Virus record (IMG/VR): IMGVR_UViG_3300035148_000179
Coordinates: 1-48,527 of that record
Strand: one strand, 5' to 3'
Length of the DNA stretch: 48,527 nucleotides
Source of the DNA: a virus
Taxonomy: Duplodnaviria > Caudoviricetes
Position 1 is the first letter of the stretch; the number at the start of each line of letters is the position of its first letter. The notes below the pieces were generated by a model that saw only the letters and a list, made by a program, of their open reading frames with translations, made no database searches and was not told the origin of the DNA. The position numbers and the translations under genes are program-made. Shown here piece after piece: positions 8,401-17,128 of the stretch.

Positions 8401-10385
8401 CTGAGTCAGTGGCCGGCACGAAGGGGCCGAACGCTGCAGCCGAGCAACTGGCCGTGGTGCAGAATCTGCAGTCAGCATTCACTCAGATATTGGCGGAGCG
8501 TGCGGCATCGGCCAGCTCGCAGCTCAAGCGGCAAGGCGTCGCAGGGTTCAAGGGGAAAGAAGCGCACGAGATCTTCACTCGCCGCGTCCGCGCCTCGTCA
8601 TGGCACTACGCAAACCTGAAGACCTCGCTGGCGCAGTCGAAGGCACTCTCGCGCCTCCGCAAGTTCTCGCGCAGCTGGGAGGAGGGCGGCCTTACCCCCG
8701 GGATGGACGCGCAGCAGACAGTACTGGCACGTGGCCGAGTGATGAACGAAATAACCCGGCGGCTCCAGGTAGAAGCCGGCGAGCTTGACTCGCTGGACAA
8801 GTCGAACGTGGATTACTACCTCGGTCAGCTCGGGTTCATCAACTTCCTGGCTACGCCATCGTATGCGTTCGTGAACTCGATGCAGAACTTCAACGTGGCA
8901 CTGCCTGTGATCGCCGGCAAGTACGGTCCGCGCGGCGCCCGTGCCCTCATGCGCGGCATGCGCGTGGTGGCGGGGCCGGCGTTTGCCAAGGCGATGCGTG
9001 GCCTGGCCTCCCGGCCGGGCGACGTCACGTCCTATGATGTGTACTCCGCTATCGCTGAAGCCGTAAAGGAAGATCCGCGCTTCGGACGTTTCACTCAGCC
9101 GAACGGCAACGAGCCATCAGCGCTCCAGCAGTTGGTGGATCGTGGAGTAATCAACGCCACGTACGTGCAGGAACTGACGTCGATCGCCAATAACCAGAAC
9201 CTGATGCTCACTCGTGGGCTCGAGTACCTGCGCCTCCTGCCACAGGGAGCGGAGTTGTGGAACCGTATCAGCACCGCCTTGGCTGTGCTCGACGTCACGA
9301 ACGGGAATGTGGACAAGGCCGCAGACATGGTGGACCAGGTCCACTTCCAGTACACGCAGGAGAACCGACCGCGCTTCTTCCGGAAGATCGGCGGCACCCG
9401 ACTTCCGCAAGCACTGACGATGTTCAAGATGTACTCAGTTGCCATGTACCAGTTGACTGGTTCGCTGATGGCAGACGCCTTCACGCGGCGCGGGCAGACG
9501 CTCCAGGAACGGCAGCAGGGCGCCATGGCACTGGCCGGCATAATCGCCGCGCATACGCTGTCTGCTGGCATCATCGGCGGACTGATGATCGAGCCGCTCC
9601 GCATCCTGCGACAGCTGTGGGATGCCCTTGGCTTCGATGACGACGACGAATTCGACGACCTGGATACTATGGTTCAGCGCTGGGCTATGCAGGTAACAGG
9701 CAGCGAAGACGCAGCCAGGCTGCTGTCCAAAGGCGCGTGGAACGCGCTCGGGTTCGACCTGAGTGACCGTATGGGGCTCGACAAGATCCTCATGTACAAC
9801 CCGCCCGAAGGCATGGACGAGGATTCGCTAGCCAAGTTCATGTTCCAGACGATCGGCGGACCAATCCCTTCGATGGTGCTGCAACGTGGCAGTCGCGCGT
9901 ACGAAAAGGCTGTGATCCAAGGCAAGCCGCTTGATGCGATCATGGAGATGGTCACGGTCAAGCTGTTCCAGGATGCACGCAAAGCGTGGGAGATCCTGCA
10001 TAAGGGCGTAACGACTAGGGCTGGGGAGACAGTGGTCCCGGCAGAGAAGTTCGGCTATCTAGATGCCGTTGGCCGGGTGGCGGGATTCCGCACCACTGAA
10101 GAAGTGAAGGCCCAGGATAAGGCCTCCACTGAATTCCGCTACAAGAAGTGGCGGCAGATCCGTGGGCAGCAGCTCACGAATCGATTCTGGAATGCTTACG
10201 ACTCAGATGATAAGGCGGCTACAGCCGAAGCCGTAGCCGCCATCAAGGAGTTCAACCGGAAGAATCCGGGTGCCCCTATTACGGGGGACTCACTGCGGAC
10301 TTCGAAGCAGCAGAAGATGGCAAGTGCAAGGTCTCGCGTTGGGCAAGGTCGGAACCCTGACCTGAACGAACTTCTGGCGTATTGA
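2409..10385 (+). CDS. Giant polyvalent ejection protein (2658 aa): GGDEF-like domain, zincin metallopeptidase, PLxRFG-like region
   Basis: DLTGLPNRR...DADSLKWVND...SGDEF (aa ~865-932); HESVH (aa 1395-1399) plus downstream HELAAE; YFPLMRKG (aa ~1878-1885); hydrophobic helices near the C-terminus; last gene of the virion block. Confidence 0.85.
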   Translation: MPIVIDEEAGVQVTGSGGLSIPGPVPASMREETDRLYKEAAAGIKKDFPGIEFGIPMRRGAAAAGGEAAAAPAVSDEPDFLLGPTEEAPPEPEAPAPPKEPPIGWFNAMTRGLAERTANMVGFIPDTANTIADLLPDWMDQGLVVDQDGIRLASGKEYTDVSVAKSASEGLGNANFGSNRGTLATPEEIKAQWASGDKMSATGNAVQFGIEQGLLSLPDMIAIMANAPLYYIGLSSDYAQQRAQNDGRDKANAADALIAATTGAVVAKLEKIGAEKVFDKLGAATKGKVRDWLEKIVTEGITEAVQNPVEYVGTRLATEKAGEVTAGAVGEQALFGALGGLGGGAAIGGATTLLSPSREQPAPPAPGVRTPVTTPPAGGAPVAGAAPPPAGPGGPGGPAQPAAPAASQMPKPGDAVIFKPLPNQDGVVVEVQQVDPKTQTAMVARVDPESGEAIMDEDGKPVTFIATFGDLGLNAPAAAPVAAAQPAVPVKPSAVPPAATSVEPTSDVAGQLKDMWRADTGRRGVYISAPTVAKMKQEGTFDALKKSGQIEENFDGQGGTLIVKSKKDLDEARAARDGGQTDMQAIVGSLTGAGVAKPNVPAPAVVQRKDETGAVVQQTAVPPGAAAATAAAVATQPGTVEVVTPEVALAERAAKVEAEQAAPPTLEPVAPTTEVPVESPKPKARTALAQLDDALSFAIRAMNTTKGANSVKVDVREAAVAVGTLAQALRPAIAEAQRRGATDEDVAQAAEAAALAERLTEKQEGDFKKGRGVSEPKLRVHLARLSDAVASLEQWADKPLVGETPPAKQTKAEKAKTVSKKKEAKIQEPAKEPTKEDRRTAEGAALRARIEAMSPEEREAAIMRHDLTGLPNRRALDTAPVSPAYAEVDADSLKWVNDNMGEEAGNQLLKNVAKALSNQDGVTAYHVSGDEFYITGESEAVIEAALKAAARELVSLPVKSGETLVTPQITWGTGTTREAASAKMKEQKVAREAKGKRAGRGKTPGSYKNTKQAELPLSQGTTVKVSKTKTKYVPPKKREPTSDQVADQVAEQTAAPQLETVSLAPSNVAGQEAQFMAELLRADPQELANEAQMDKSGRLTAILRNVISAMNNRGNWTGWFAAVTRSEVLTREQRTQLFTLIREYSEVSDRDIGPVREQILGLVTNLDGKTLPPDAIAAVFEAANVARAYLTIRENMLTEEDVLEIEAETKRTEFDTGSINKTTGQLSTRKNDEIARAKTLDEIGNAVEALPNSIDVLNELIQLEPTALKKALVGLWNAAAQNRWINGVMAKAMQDQATGKPMLSSHALMDGFLNRLSMVQDDTGLRRILTSIRRVMPNVPVEFYDSGTLPIGLEGQVLDPAGGRYFPQGFLQLAVATDENGLPMWDLHTLRTFIHESVHSATIYELERNPNGPLAVKLEALRKEIEVKARKKYGRLIVDPILAYYQNKRRGPKPPGTDKIGRYLYGLTNVHELAAETMSNPGFQAFVNSLDQTPTKSWARQKFSEFMRAVKDLLGIKNPKDGRILNDLVVTTLRTMNAQRGRQNRRETHFRQGVDTLMKYLKLSRLDAENVMRGSAAGFDPGVKGVTVPAPPRGVDPDSAAWLVDTYSEQAYGMGVEGLTKTVNAGRMAPADALPRLKNHEALANLSGPRTADALGWVRQAMRSGFVDKVRDTGLGFVTTDFLVRRSARVFGSSTDSSNPLVNWKNIRDTRRSFSNQLAELAEKTVNSKWMKLTLTESEQVGDVLQETTLWQIDPELGTNQPKLLPHVSKKRWDAKVAELEAKWNELNEPQKELYRSVQRYFKTEYARIRKASIDLAIDLYGVGLTPQQKTLLYALKNADGADRIIGSGLAIDLGDQNDTFRKVVKDLVKVSAIRGPYFPLMRKGDLVVEAAREGVIQTDGGEAVEFSTKEDAQEAADGIRSLAPKNTAKVKAVGDKFVVHYKMRHVSFHTNQTDAFDAIAQLKQKGFAVEGDVFTRKLESVESASLTEGLKELMAKAESVAGTKGPNAAAEQLAVVQNLQSAFTQILAERAASASSQLKRQGVAGFKGKEAHEIFTRRVRASSWHYANLKTSLAQSKALSRLRKFSRSWEEGGLTPGMDAQQTVLARGRVMNEITRRLQVEAGELDSLDKSNVDYYLGQLGFINFLATPSYAFVNSMQNFNVALPVIAGKYGPRGARALMRGMRVVAGPAFAKAMRGLASRPGDVTSYDVYSAIAEAVKEDPRFGRFTQPNGNEPSALQQLVDRGVINATYVQELTSIANNQNLMLTRGLEYLRLLPQGAELWNRISTALAVLDVTNGNVDKAADMVDQVHFQYTQENRPRFFRKIGGTRLPQALTMFKMYSVAMYQLTGSLMADAFTRRGQTLQERQQGAMALAGIIAAHTLSAGIIGGLMIEPLRILRQLWDALGFDDDDEFDDLDTMVQRWAMQVTGSEDAARLLSKGAWNALGFDLSDRMGLDKILMYNPPEGMDEDSLAKFMFQTIGGPIPSMVLQRGSRAYEKAVIQGKPLDAIMEMVTVKLFQDARKAWEILHKGVTTRAGETVVPAEKFGYLDAVGRVAGFRTTEEVKAQDKASTEFRYKKWRQIRGQQLTNRFWNAYDSDDKAATAEAVAAIKEFNRKNPGAPITGDSLRTSKQQKMASARSRVGQGRNPDLNELLAY

Positions 10386-10908
10386 ACACGGCCCGCAGTA
10401 CGCGGGCCATGGCCTTAGCCTGAGCGGTGGCATCGTCGAGAGGGGAGTGAGCAGTCATCCCCTCCCAGCATCCCTCGAAGTCCACGTTGAGGTCCTTGCC
10501 GACTGCCTTCATGGTGCGGAAGTCACGCTCGTCCCGGAAGTGGAACGGGAACTTCAGCTTCAGCTGATCAGCCAGGTGGCGACAGATCACGCAGTCGAAC
10601 GACGGTGAGTTCGCCCATACCGTGTCCGGCTTGTGCTCGTTCACGAACATCACGAACTTGTGCCAGGCGTCGGCCGGCTGCATCTTGCCGCCGAACACCA
10701 GGTCCTTGGCCGGCTGCTTGTTCCACCAGTTCATCGTGTCCGGGCTGACCGTGCCAAGAGTGGCAGCAACAGCTGGATCGATGAACGCTTCGAACCCCTT
10801 CGAGGGGCCGTTGATCGTGAACAGGCGGGCGCCGATGGCGACCACAGCAGAGGTAGGTCCGCTGTCCATGGTCTCGATATCAAGCATCAGATGGAGTTGG
10901 TTCTTCAT
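10279..10908 (-). CDS. DEDDh 3'-5' exonuclease (Rv2179c-like)
   Basis: Motifs MLDIET, WANSPSFD, RDFRT, HSPLDDA. Confidence 0.85.
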   Translation of the reverse strand: MKNQLHLMLDIETMDSGPTSAVVAIGARLFTINGPSKGFEAFIDPAVAATLGTVSPDTMNWWNKQPAKDLVFGGKMQPADAWHKFVMFVNEHKPDTVWANSPSFDCVICRHLADQLKLKFPFHFRDERDFRTMKAVGKDLNVDFEGCWEGMTAHSPLDDATAQAKAMARVLRAVFNTPEVRSGQGSDLAQRETLHLPSSAASKSAVSPP

Positions 10909-13652
10909 GTCTCGTAGTCCTCTAGGACTGGTGCGAACGCTACGTGCGAGAGGTCAATGTCCAACACCGTCACTCGCGCATTGATGGTGTTGGCGATGCC
11001 GGCCGAGACACTTGCCTTGTGCTCATGGGCACCGAGCTCCAGCAGCTTATCTATCACCTCACTGGGCGACTCACGCTGGGTCTCATATAGCCAGTTGCGG
11101 AACGACGCCTTCTTCACCCGGAGGACCTTATCCTTCAGGGCGAGGAGCCCGAGGAACTCCTTGATCGGCGGCTGAATGTGGATCTGCCCTACGTTCTTCT
11201 GGGCACGGGTGGTTGCGTGGTCGACTACGAGGAACTGATCGCGCACCTTGTCGGCATAGTCGATCACGCTATCGATGGCACGCTGCTCGAGCGGCACGTA
11301 CTGCGCTCCTGCTTCCTGCCGCTGTCCCCGGAACTGTTGGTACAGCCAGGTCTCGAACACCTGTACGTCGATCTTCAGGTAGCCACGCTTCACAGCTATG
11401 TGTGCTGCGGCAAGTAGCACCGCAGCGAGTGCGACCCAGAACCGTTCATCGTTCGTGGCCTTGAGATCTCGCACTACCTTGGCCTGCAGATTCTGCACCA
11501 GCTTGTCTACTGCTGCATGGTTACGGGCCAGCCACGATGCGTAGTCTTCACCGACGTGTCCGAAGTTGTTGGCTAGGTCGCGCAGTTTGAACGGAACGCT
11601 GGGGTCCTTCAGCTTGCGTGCGGGAACCGTAACCTCGAAGACGCGCAGCCGCCCTGCATTCGTGTTGTTCGCGATCGCATCCACGTGGTCGAGCACTGGC
11701 TCGTTGGTGGCGATGGTGGTTATGGTGGACCAGGTCCCCATCTCCTGCATCTTCGAACTCGACGTCAGGCGTTGCTTCTCCTTGCCCTGCCCCAGCTGGA
11801 ACACCATGCGCACGAAGTTCCTGACCTCGTCGCGCATGCGGACCTCGTCCCAATACGCAGGCAGGTTGTTCAGGAAGCCGAACTTCTTGGCCATGGAGTT
11901 GGCCGTGTCGTTCAGCGCATTGACCCCGCGCACCGGATCGCCCCACACAGACTGAGCCACACGCAGGGCAGAGGACTTGCCGGTTCCAGACTCACGACTA
12001 TGGAGTGAGAGCATCACGCCCTGCACGCCAGTGAAGTTGATCAATGGCGCAGCGAAGGCCGAGAGTATGGCGGCCTGTATGGACGGGCAGCTGTCTGCCG
12101 TAATGGCATCAGCCGCTTCGTGCCAAGGCTGCCGCTCGCCCTTCGGTGAATACTCCTTCGCTAGAGTCCGATCGACTCCGGATACCGGCGACGTCGTGCC
12201 GTCCTCCATGAAGATCTGGTGGCCGTTGGCGAAGCCTATCTTGTCGCCCGTGGTCATCCACCCCAGGCCGGTCAACGGCGCAGGCTTGGCGTCCCGCACC
12301 ATCTCCATCTTTCGCATCCATGGGATCATGATCCTCTTGAACTCCTGGATCTCAGTATCGGTGAGCATGATGCGATCCATCATCAGGTTCTTCCCAAGTT
12401 CGCGGGAGTCACCTGCTAGATCGACACCAAGCACCAGCGCCACGTGGCGCCTTGGCCCGTTGTGGGCTGCGAACTGTAGACCATTGCCGAAGGCTGTACT
12501 GTACAGCTCGACGTCGGTCAGCATGTACGGAAGCGCCCGCGCCCACTCTATGGCCTGGCCCTTGTCGTCGAACTTGATAGGCTTGAACACGCCTTCCTTG
12601 TTCATCTTCCATCCGCCGGGCAGGAACGAATCCTGCGCCTTGCCCAGCACCAACGGTGTCTTGATGTGCCCACGGAAGGGGCATCCTTCACACTTCGAAG
12701 GGAGGAAGCCTTCGATCGTGCGACACAGCGTAGGTCCCACCTGGCCCTTGCGTTGCTGCGAGTACTGGAACCGCGACTCAGTGTGCGCCTTGCTATAGGC
12801 GTCATGCTGATTGGACATCGCGTGGATGTACTCTTTGCCATCCTCGGTGAATGCCAAGAGGTGGATGATCTTGTGCCAGAGCATACCGGCCTGGCCCTTA
12901 CCGCCAGTGTCACGTGTGTGCCTAAGTGCTGCACACTGCTCGATCATGTCTCCTGCGTGGTACGTGCGTTCGCCGTACATCTGACCAGCACCGAGGTCGT
13001 CGTTATCGACCCCGCCAGCGAGTGCTTCCGGCACGGTGCTAGCCATAACGTGGAGGCTCGAAGCTAAGGTCTCAGCTTCGAAGTCTTCAGGGTCGGCCTT
13101 GATGATGCGGCACGGGATAGGGTGGCTCGGGTCCTTGTAGTTGTACGTTCCCGGCACGCGCAGGATGCGCGCACTGTCTGCGGTAATTGCAGCATCTGCC
13201 GGGAAATTGTGCGTAACGCACGCCTCCTTGAGTGCAGCGGCCATCGGCTGCCACTGCGTAATGGGGATGGGCGTTGTGAACGTCCAATAGGAATGAATGC
13301 CGTGGCCAGAGTCCACGACGATGTTCGGAAACGGGAAGCCTGAGACTTTGCAGAACTCGGCGAGCCGCTTGACTGCGACCGCCTTGCTCTCGAATCCCTT
13401 GCCCTCTCCACAGTCCAGATCTAGATACAGCGCTTTCTTGTCACGAGCCGCTTCAGATGTGCGGCTGTTTTCATATACGCCGACAGCGTAGTACACGTTC
13501 TCCTTCCGCTTGCTGCGCTCTGCGATCCTGGTAACCAGGTCGTCGATCGTGGCAAGTGGTGCAGACTGGTGTAGCTTCGACGTCCCGTAGTTGCTGTAGT
13601 AGGACCCGCCTGACGGAGGAAGCACCCGTTCGAGGAATGCTCTTGTGTCCAT
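10905..13652 (-). CDS. Primase-helicase (AEP/RepB-like primase + Cys cluster + DUF927-type helicase)
   Basis: YLDLDC, DSGHGIHSYW, RILRVPGTYN; CxxxxxxxPxxCxxC; Walker A SGTGKS, Walker B YWDE, GQGKEKQR. Confidence 0.85.
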   Translation of the reverse strand: MDTRAFLERVLPPSGGSYYSNYGTSKLHQSAPLATIDDLVTRIAERSKRKENVYYAVGVYENSRTSEAARDKKALYLDLDCGEGKGFESKAVAVKRLAEFCKVSGFPFPNIVVDSGHGIHSYWTFTTPIPITQWQPMAAALKEACVTHNFPADAAITADSARILRVPGTYNYKDPSHPIPCRIIKADPEDFEAETLASSLHVMASTVPEALAGGVDNDDLGAGQMYGERTYHAGDMIEQCAALRHTRDTGGKGQAGMLWHKIIHLLAFTEDGKEYIHAMSNQHDAYSKAHTESRFQYSQQRKGQVGPTLCRTIEGFLPSKCEGCPFRGHIKTPLVLGKAQDSFLPGGWKMNKEGVFKPIKFDDKGQAIEWARALPYMLTDVELYSTAFGNGLQFAAHNGPRRHVALVLGVDLAGDSRELGKNLMMDRIMLTDTEIQEFKRIMIPWMRKMEMVRDAKPAPLTGLGWMTTGDKIGFANGHQIFMEDGTTSPVSGVDRTLAKEYSPKGERQPWHEAADAITADSCPSIQAAILSAFAAPLINFTGVQGVMLSLHSRESGTGKSSALRVAQSVWGDPVRGVNALNDTANSMAKKFGFLNNLPAYWDEVRMRDEVRNFVRMVFQLGQGKEKQRLTSSSKMQEMGTWSTITTIATNEPVLDHVDAIANNTNAGRLRVFEVTVPARKLKDPSVPFKLRDLANNFGHVGEDYASWLARNHAAVDKLVQNLQAKVVRDLKATNDERFWVALAAVLLAAAHIAVKRGYLKIDVQVFETWLYQQFRGQRQEAGAQYVPLEQRAIDSVIDYADKVRDQFLVVDHATTRAQKNVGQIHIQPPIKEFLGLLALKDKVLRVKKASFRNWLYETQRESPSEVIDKLLELGAHEHKASVSAGIANTINARVTVLDIDLSHVAFAPVLEDYET

Positions 13653-13661
13653 CCGTACCTC

Positions 13662-13697
13662 TCAGAAGAAATCCCCGGCGACTCACAATCGCCGGGG
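13662..13697 (-). terminator. Intrinsic terminator-like hairpin after ssb
   Basis: CCCCGGCGA/TCGCCGGGG stem (13673-13697) followed on the minus strand by AUUUCUUCU. Confidence 0.6.
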
Positions 13698-13715
13698 TAG
13701 TTCAGGATGCCACGA

Positions 13716-14693
13716 TCAGGACAGGTCGCCAAGCTCGCTTAGGATCCCCTTGATGTCATCGTCGAGCGACGCGTCCCCTGAGAGATCCCCGTCTCCCGCC
13801 ACCGCTGCAGGTTTTGCAGCAGGTTTCGCGGCTGCGGGCTTGGCGGCTGCGGGCTTGGCAGCAGCTTTGGGCGCGGCCGCCTTGGGCGCTGCAGCCGTAG
13901 GCTTAGCTGCTGCCACGGGTTGCTCGAACAGGTCATCCTTCTTCTCCTCGGGCTCTGCCGGTGCGTCCCGCAGTTCGACTGCCTCGGCCAGGATGCGCTC
14001 GAGTTTGTCGTCGTGCAGCAGTTCGCGCACCTGTACCGCTTCCTCGTCCGTGAGCGGACGGATCGGACGGAACGTCAGCTTCGGGTAGCTGGCATCGATG
14101 TCGAAGCCGATACGCACGGTGACGGCGTTGTACGGGAAGCCCCTCGCCTTGAGGTTCTTGCCCATCATAGCCAGCTCAGCCAACGACGCAGCCGGGATGC
14201 GCAGCAGCATCGGCCCGCCGAAGGTCTCGTTCGTCAGGTCAGCCGCCGGCACGATCGCGAGGCGTCGGTTGTCCTGACACGCCTTGGCCTTCTTGCCGGC
14301 CGGCGTAATGCGGGAACCGAACACGTTCTTCGGGCAACGTGCGCAGGTATCTGCCTGCGGTTCTTCGACGCTCGGATCAGGCCGCAGCCCGTCGAGCGAG
14401 AAGCAATCCGGTGCTTCAGCCGCGCCCTCGGTATAGCCGGTGGCGTAGTAGTTCTTCGTGATGTGTGGGTTGGCCTTGAGGATCACCGCCTCCAGGCTGG
14501 CCACCGGATCACCGTCGCTGTTGAGGATCGGATGTTCCTCACCCTGGTACTTGATCTTCCATCGTGAGCCCTTGAAGCTCATGACGGCGAAGCCACCAGT
14601 TACGCCTGCGCTCAGGTCGTCGGCTTCGGTCATCACGTCGCGCAACGCCGCAGGCACCTTGCCGCCTGCGAATGGCACTACTTGATTACTCAT
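13716..14693 (-). CDS. Putative single-stranded DNA-binding protein
   Basis: Start at 14693 with AGGAG RBS. Conserved phage core (PDCFSLDG, CARCPKN, KACQDNRRLA), AAKP linker and acidic C-tail; lies in the replication module. Confidence 0.65.
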   Translation of the reverse strand: MSNQVVPFAGGKVPAALRDVMTEADDLSAGVTGGFAVMSFKGSRWKIKYQGEEHPILNSDGDPVASLEAVILKANPHITKNYYATGYTEGAAEAPDCFSLDGLRPDPSVEEPQADTCARCPKNVFGSRITPAGKKAKACQDNRRLAIVPAADLTNETFGGPMLLRIPAASLAELAMMGKNLKARGFPYNAVTVRIGFDIDASYPKLTFRPIRPLTDEEAVQVRELLHDDKLERILAEAVELRDAPAEPEEKKDDLFEQPVAAAKPTAAAPKAAAPKAAAKPAAAKPAAAKPAAKPAAVAGDGDLSGDASLDDDIKGILSELGDLS

Positions 14694-14717
14694 ACACTCT
14701 CTCCTGTACAAACGAAA

Positions 14718-15098
14718 TCATCCACGGCGCACCTGCACTACTGTCTCGCGCTTTAACTCCACGCCGGGTGGAATCTCTCCGGTCGACTCAACGTAGTCCT
14801 CGACTACAGTCTTGGCGACACGGCGCTCGAGCAGTTCCCAACGATCTTGTTCCTTGATGAACGCAAGGGTAGCGTCCCAATCCTGCACGGTCGCCGACGT
14901 CACTTCCTTCAGGAAGGCTGTGCCTGACGCGCCCTTGAAGTTCTTGAGACCCTGTGATTGCAGTTGATTTTGCAACCACGCTTCGATCTTGTCCATCTTT
15001 TCCCGGAGCGGAGCGAGCTCCATCGCTTGCTCCTTCTTGCGGGCATCGAGCTCGTCACGGAGCTTCACGTAGCCCTTGATCACGTCGTCGATATTCAT
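14718..15098 (-). CDS. Conserved phage replication-region protein (coiled-coil N-terminus)
   Basis: Start MNIDDVIK at 15098 overlaps the upstream stop (ATGA); GAGG RBS. Confidence 0.7.
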   Translation of the reverse strand: MNIDDVIKGYVKLRDELDARKKEQAMELAPLREKMDKIEAWLQNQLQSQGLKNFKGASGTAFLKEVTSATVQDWDATLAFIKEQDRWELLERRVAKTVVEDYVESTGEIPPGVELKRETVVQVRRG

Positions 15099-15433
15099 AG
15101 TCCTCTCTCCAATATCTGCACGCGCTCTTGGAGTGAAAGTATTCGTAGTACTTTCATCACCTTGGCGATGTACCACAGGCCACCCTGATTCCAGGGACGT
15201 TCGAATGAGTCTGCGTTCGTCACCTCGACTTCACACCAGACGCGGTCCTTGTCAGACAGGTGCGGTGCATGCGGGAGGTGGGAACAGTGCCAGCCTGGGC
15301 GAACAGCGAACCCCTTCGTGGGGTGCGACTCGGCGGGCAACCACTCGCCAAGCGTTATGCGCTGACGACGGTTGATGAACAGCGGTCCTAGCGTTCCGTC
15401 CTTGCGAAGGCGGAATAGTTTGTATGCCTTCAT
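15095..15433 (-). CDS. Hypothetical protein, 112 aa
   Basis: GAGGAGAGG RBS; RPGWHC...PH motif; coupled to the next gene. Confidence 0.7.
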   Translation of the reverse strand: MKAYKLFRLRKDGTLGPLFINRRQRITLGEWLPAESHPTKGFAVRPGWHCSHLPHAPHLSDKDRVWCEVEVTNADSFERPWNQGGLWYIAKVMKVLRILSLQERVQILERGL

Positions 15434-15589
15434 GTCCTCTCCTCTGAATGGATGCGGGAGTCACGGCGGAAGGAGGTAGCCGTAGCTAACCGCCGCCTCC
15501 CAGCTGCCGGGGTTTTTGTAACCGAGGCACTCACCGGCTGATCCTCGCCTACGCTATCCGCGATGCGGTCCCCGTAGGTGGGTGGTCGA

Positions 15590-17128
15590 TCATTCACTGA
15601 ACATCTCCAGCAGTGCACCCTGCATCTTTGCTTTGCGTTGCAGGCGCCCGTAGACCTGTGCCTCTGCCTTGGTTGACATTATATGGATAATGTGCGCACA
15701 AGACAACTGGCCTGGCCTAGTAATTCGCGCATTCGCTTGCTCGTAAATCTCGAGCGACGTAGTTGGCGCGGCCCAGATAATCGTGTCTGCTCTCGTGAGT
15801 GTGAGTCCATGCGCCATCGTTGCAGGGTGCGCAACGATCACGCGTGGAGTGCTGCCATGCTGGAAGCCGGTGAAGACCTCGTCGCGTTTCCCCTTCGGCA
15901 CTTCGCCGTGTATCACTGCAGTGTCCCATCGTTTGGCCAGCGCGGCACCCAACATCTCCGTGAGGTATCGGAACGGTGCGAATACGATCACCTTTCCACT
16001 CGCTTCTTCAACGATGTCGAACACTTCCTTGATACGAGCTACGCCACCGACGTAGTTGCCATGACTGTCGCCGTCGTATGCGAAGCCGGCGGACAGCTGC
16101 AGCAACTTCGATAGCTTCACGCCCTCGTTTGCAGCAGTGATTTCTTTCGTGCGCACCTGTGTAGCCAGCTGCGCAAGCATCTCCTTGTACGCCTTCATCG
16201 CCCTGGGGTCGAGTGGTATATCCCGAGTGGAGTACATCACGGGCGGAAGGTCCATGCAGTCCTTGCGCATCACGCGGATGCTCGGCTGCATGATCTTGAA
16301 CACAAGGTCGTTAGCATCTTCGCGAGGCACCCACTTGAACTGGGATACCTGCTTCATCGTACTGTCCTTGAATGCCTTGAACGAGTAGCTGACGTTGTTC
16401 GGTATCAGCAACTTCACCTGACCGTATGCATCCGTTGGCTCGTTCGGAGTCGGCGCACCCGTCAGACCCCATGCGTAGTTCACTCGCTGCACGTGTGGCT
16501 TCAGTGACTTCCAACGCTCAGACCGGCTGTTGCGATACACCGCCAACTCGTCGATGATCAGGCAGTCGATGTCCAGCTTCTCGAGCTCCTTGTCGATCAC
16601 GCCTATGCCGTCATGGTTGATGATGTACACATCAGCCGGCTGAGCTAAAAGCTTTAGCCGCTTGGCCCTGCTGCCGTGCAGCACCACTGTGCGCAGATGG
16701 TGGAAGTTGCGGAAGATCTCGTCTTCCCATACAGCCACCAGCGTAGATAGTGGAGCCACGATCAGGAGTTTCTGCACCTTGCCTATGTGCCTGAGATAGT
16801 CGTAGGCAAAGAGTGCCGCTCGCGTCTTGCCTGTGCCCATCTCGTTCAGCACGAACGCACGACGGTGCGTTGTCAGCAGCGACGCAGTATCTATCTGCGA
16901 TTGGAATGGCTTGGTCCCCATCCAGTCGTAGTAGTAGCGGATCGGTGCCGGCGCCTTGATGCCCAGGTTGTATAGCAGACGCACAGTCTCAGGTACGTGA
17001 GGCAGCGCCATCATCGGGCGACCATGCAGATCGAACGGTGTTGCCGTAGGTAGCAACCGCAGCACGTCGCCGCGCGCTGGCATCACGATGCGCTTGTGTT
17101 CGGGGAATACCCGTACCTGTCCAGCCAT
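15590..17128 (-). CDS. SNF2-family (SF2) helicase
   Basis: EMGTGKT, IIDEL, LTGAP, HGLTLT, QANARITRPGQ motifs. Confidence 0.9.
   Translation of the reverse strand: MAGQVRVFPEHKRIVMPARGDVLRLLPTATPFDLHGRPMMALPHVPETVRLLYNLGIKAPAPIRYYYDWMGTKPFQSQIDTASLLTTHRRAFVLNEMGTGKTRAALFAYDYLRHIGKVQKLLIVAPLSTLVAVWEDEIFRNFHHLRTVVLHGSRAKRLKLLAQPADVYIINHDGIGVIDKELEKLDIDCLIIDELAVYRNSRSERWKSLKPHVQRVNYAWGLTGAPTPNEPTDAYGQVKLLIPNNVSYSFKAFKDSTMKQVSQFKWVPREDANDLVFKIMQPSIRVMRKDCMDLPPVMYSTRDIPLDPRAMKAYKEMLAQLATQVRTKEITAANEGVKLSKLLQLSAGFAYDGDSHGNYVGGVARIKEVFDIVEEASGKVIVFAPFRYLTEMLGAALAKRWDTAVIHGEVPKGKRDEVFTGFQHGSTPRVIVAHPATMAHGLTLTRADTIIWAAPTTSLEIYEQANARITRPGQLSCAHIIHIMSTKAEAQVYGRLQRKAKMQGALLEMFSE

Noticed and set aside
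13795-13915. Repetitive AAKP-coding DNA in ssb
   Set aside because: Ordinary low-complexity linker.
15506-15530. CGGUUACAA resembling a twister ribozyme core
   Set aside because: The following AAGC and the matching pseudoknot and UAA elements are missing.
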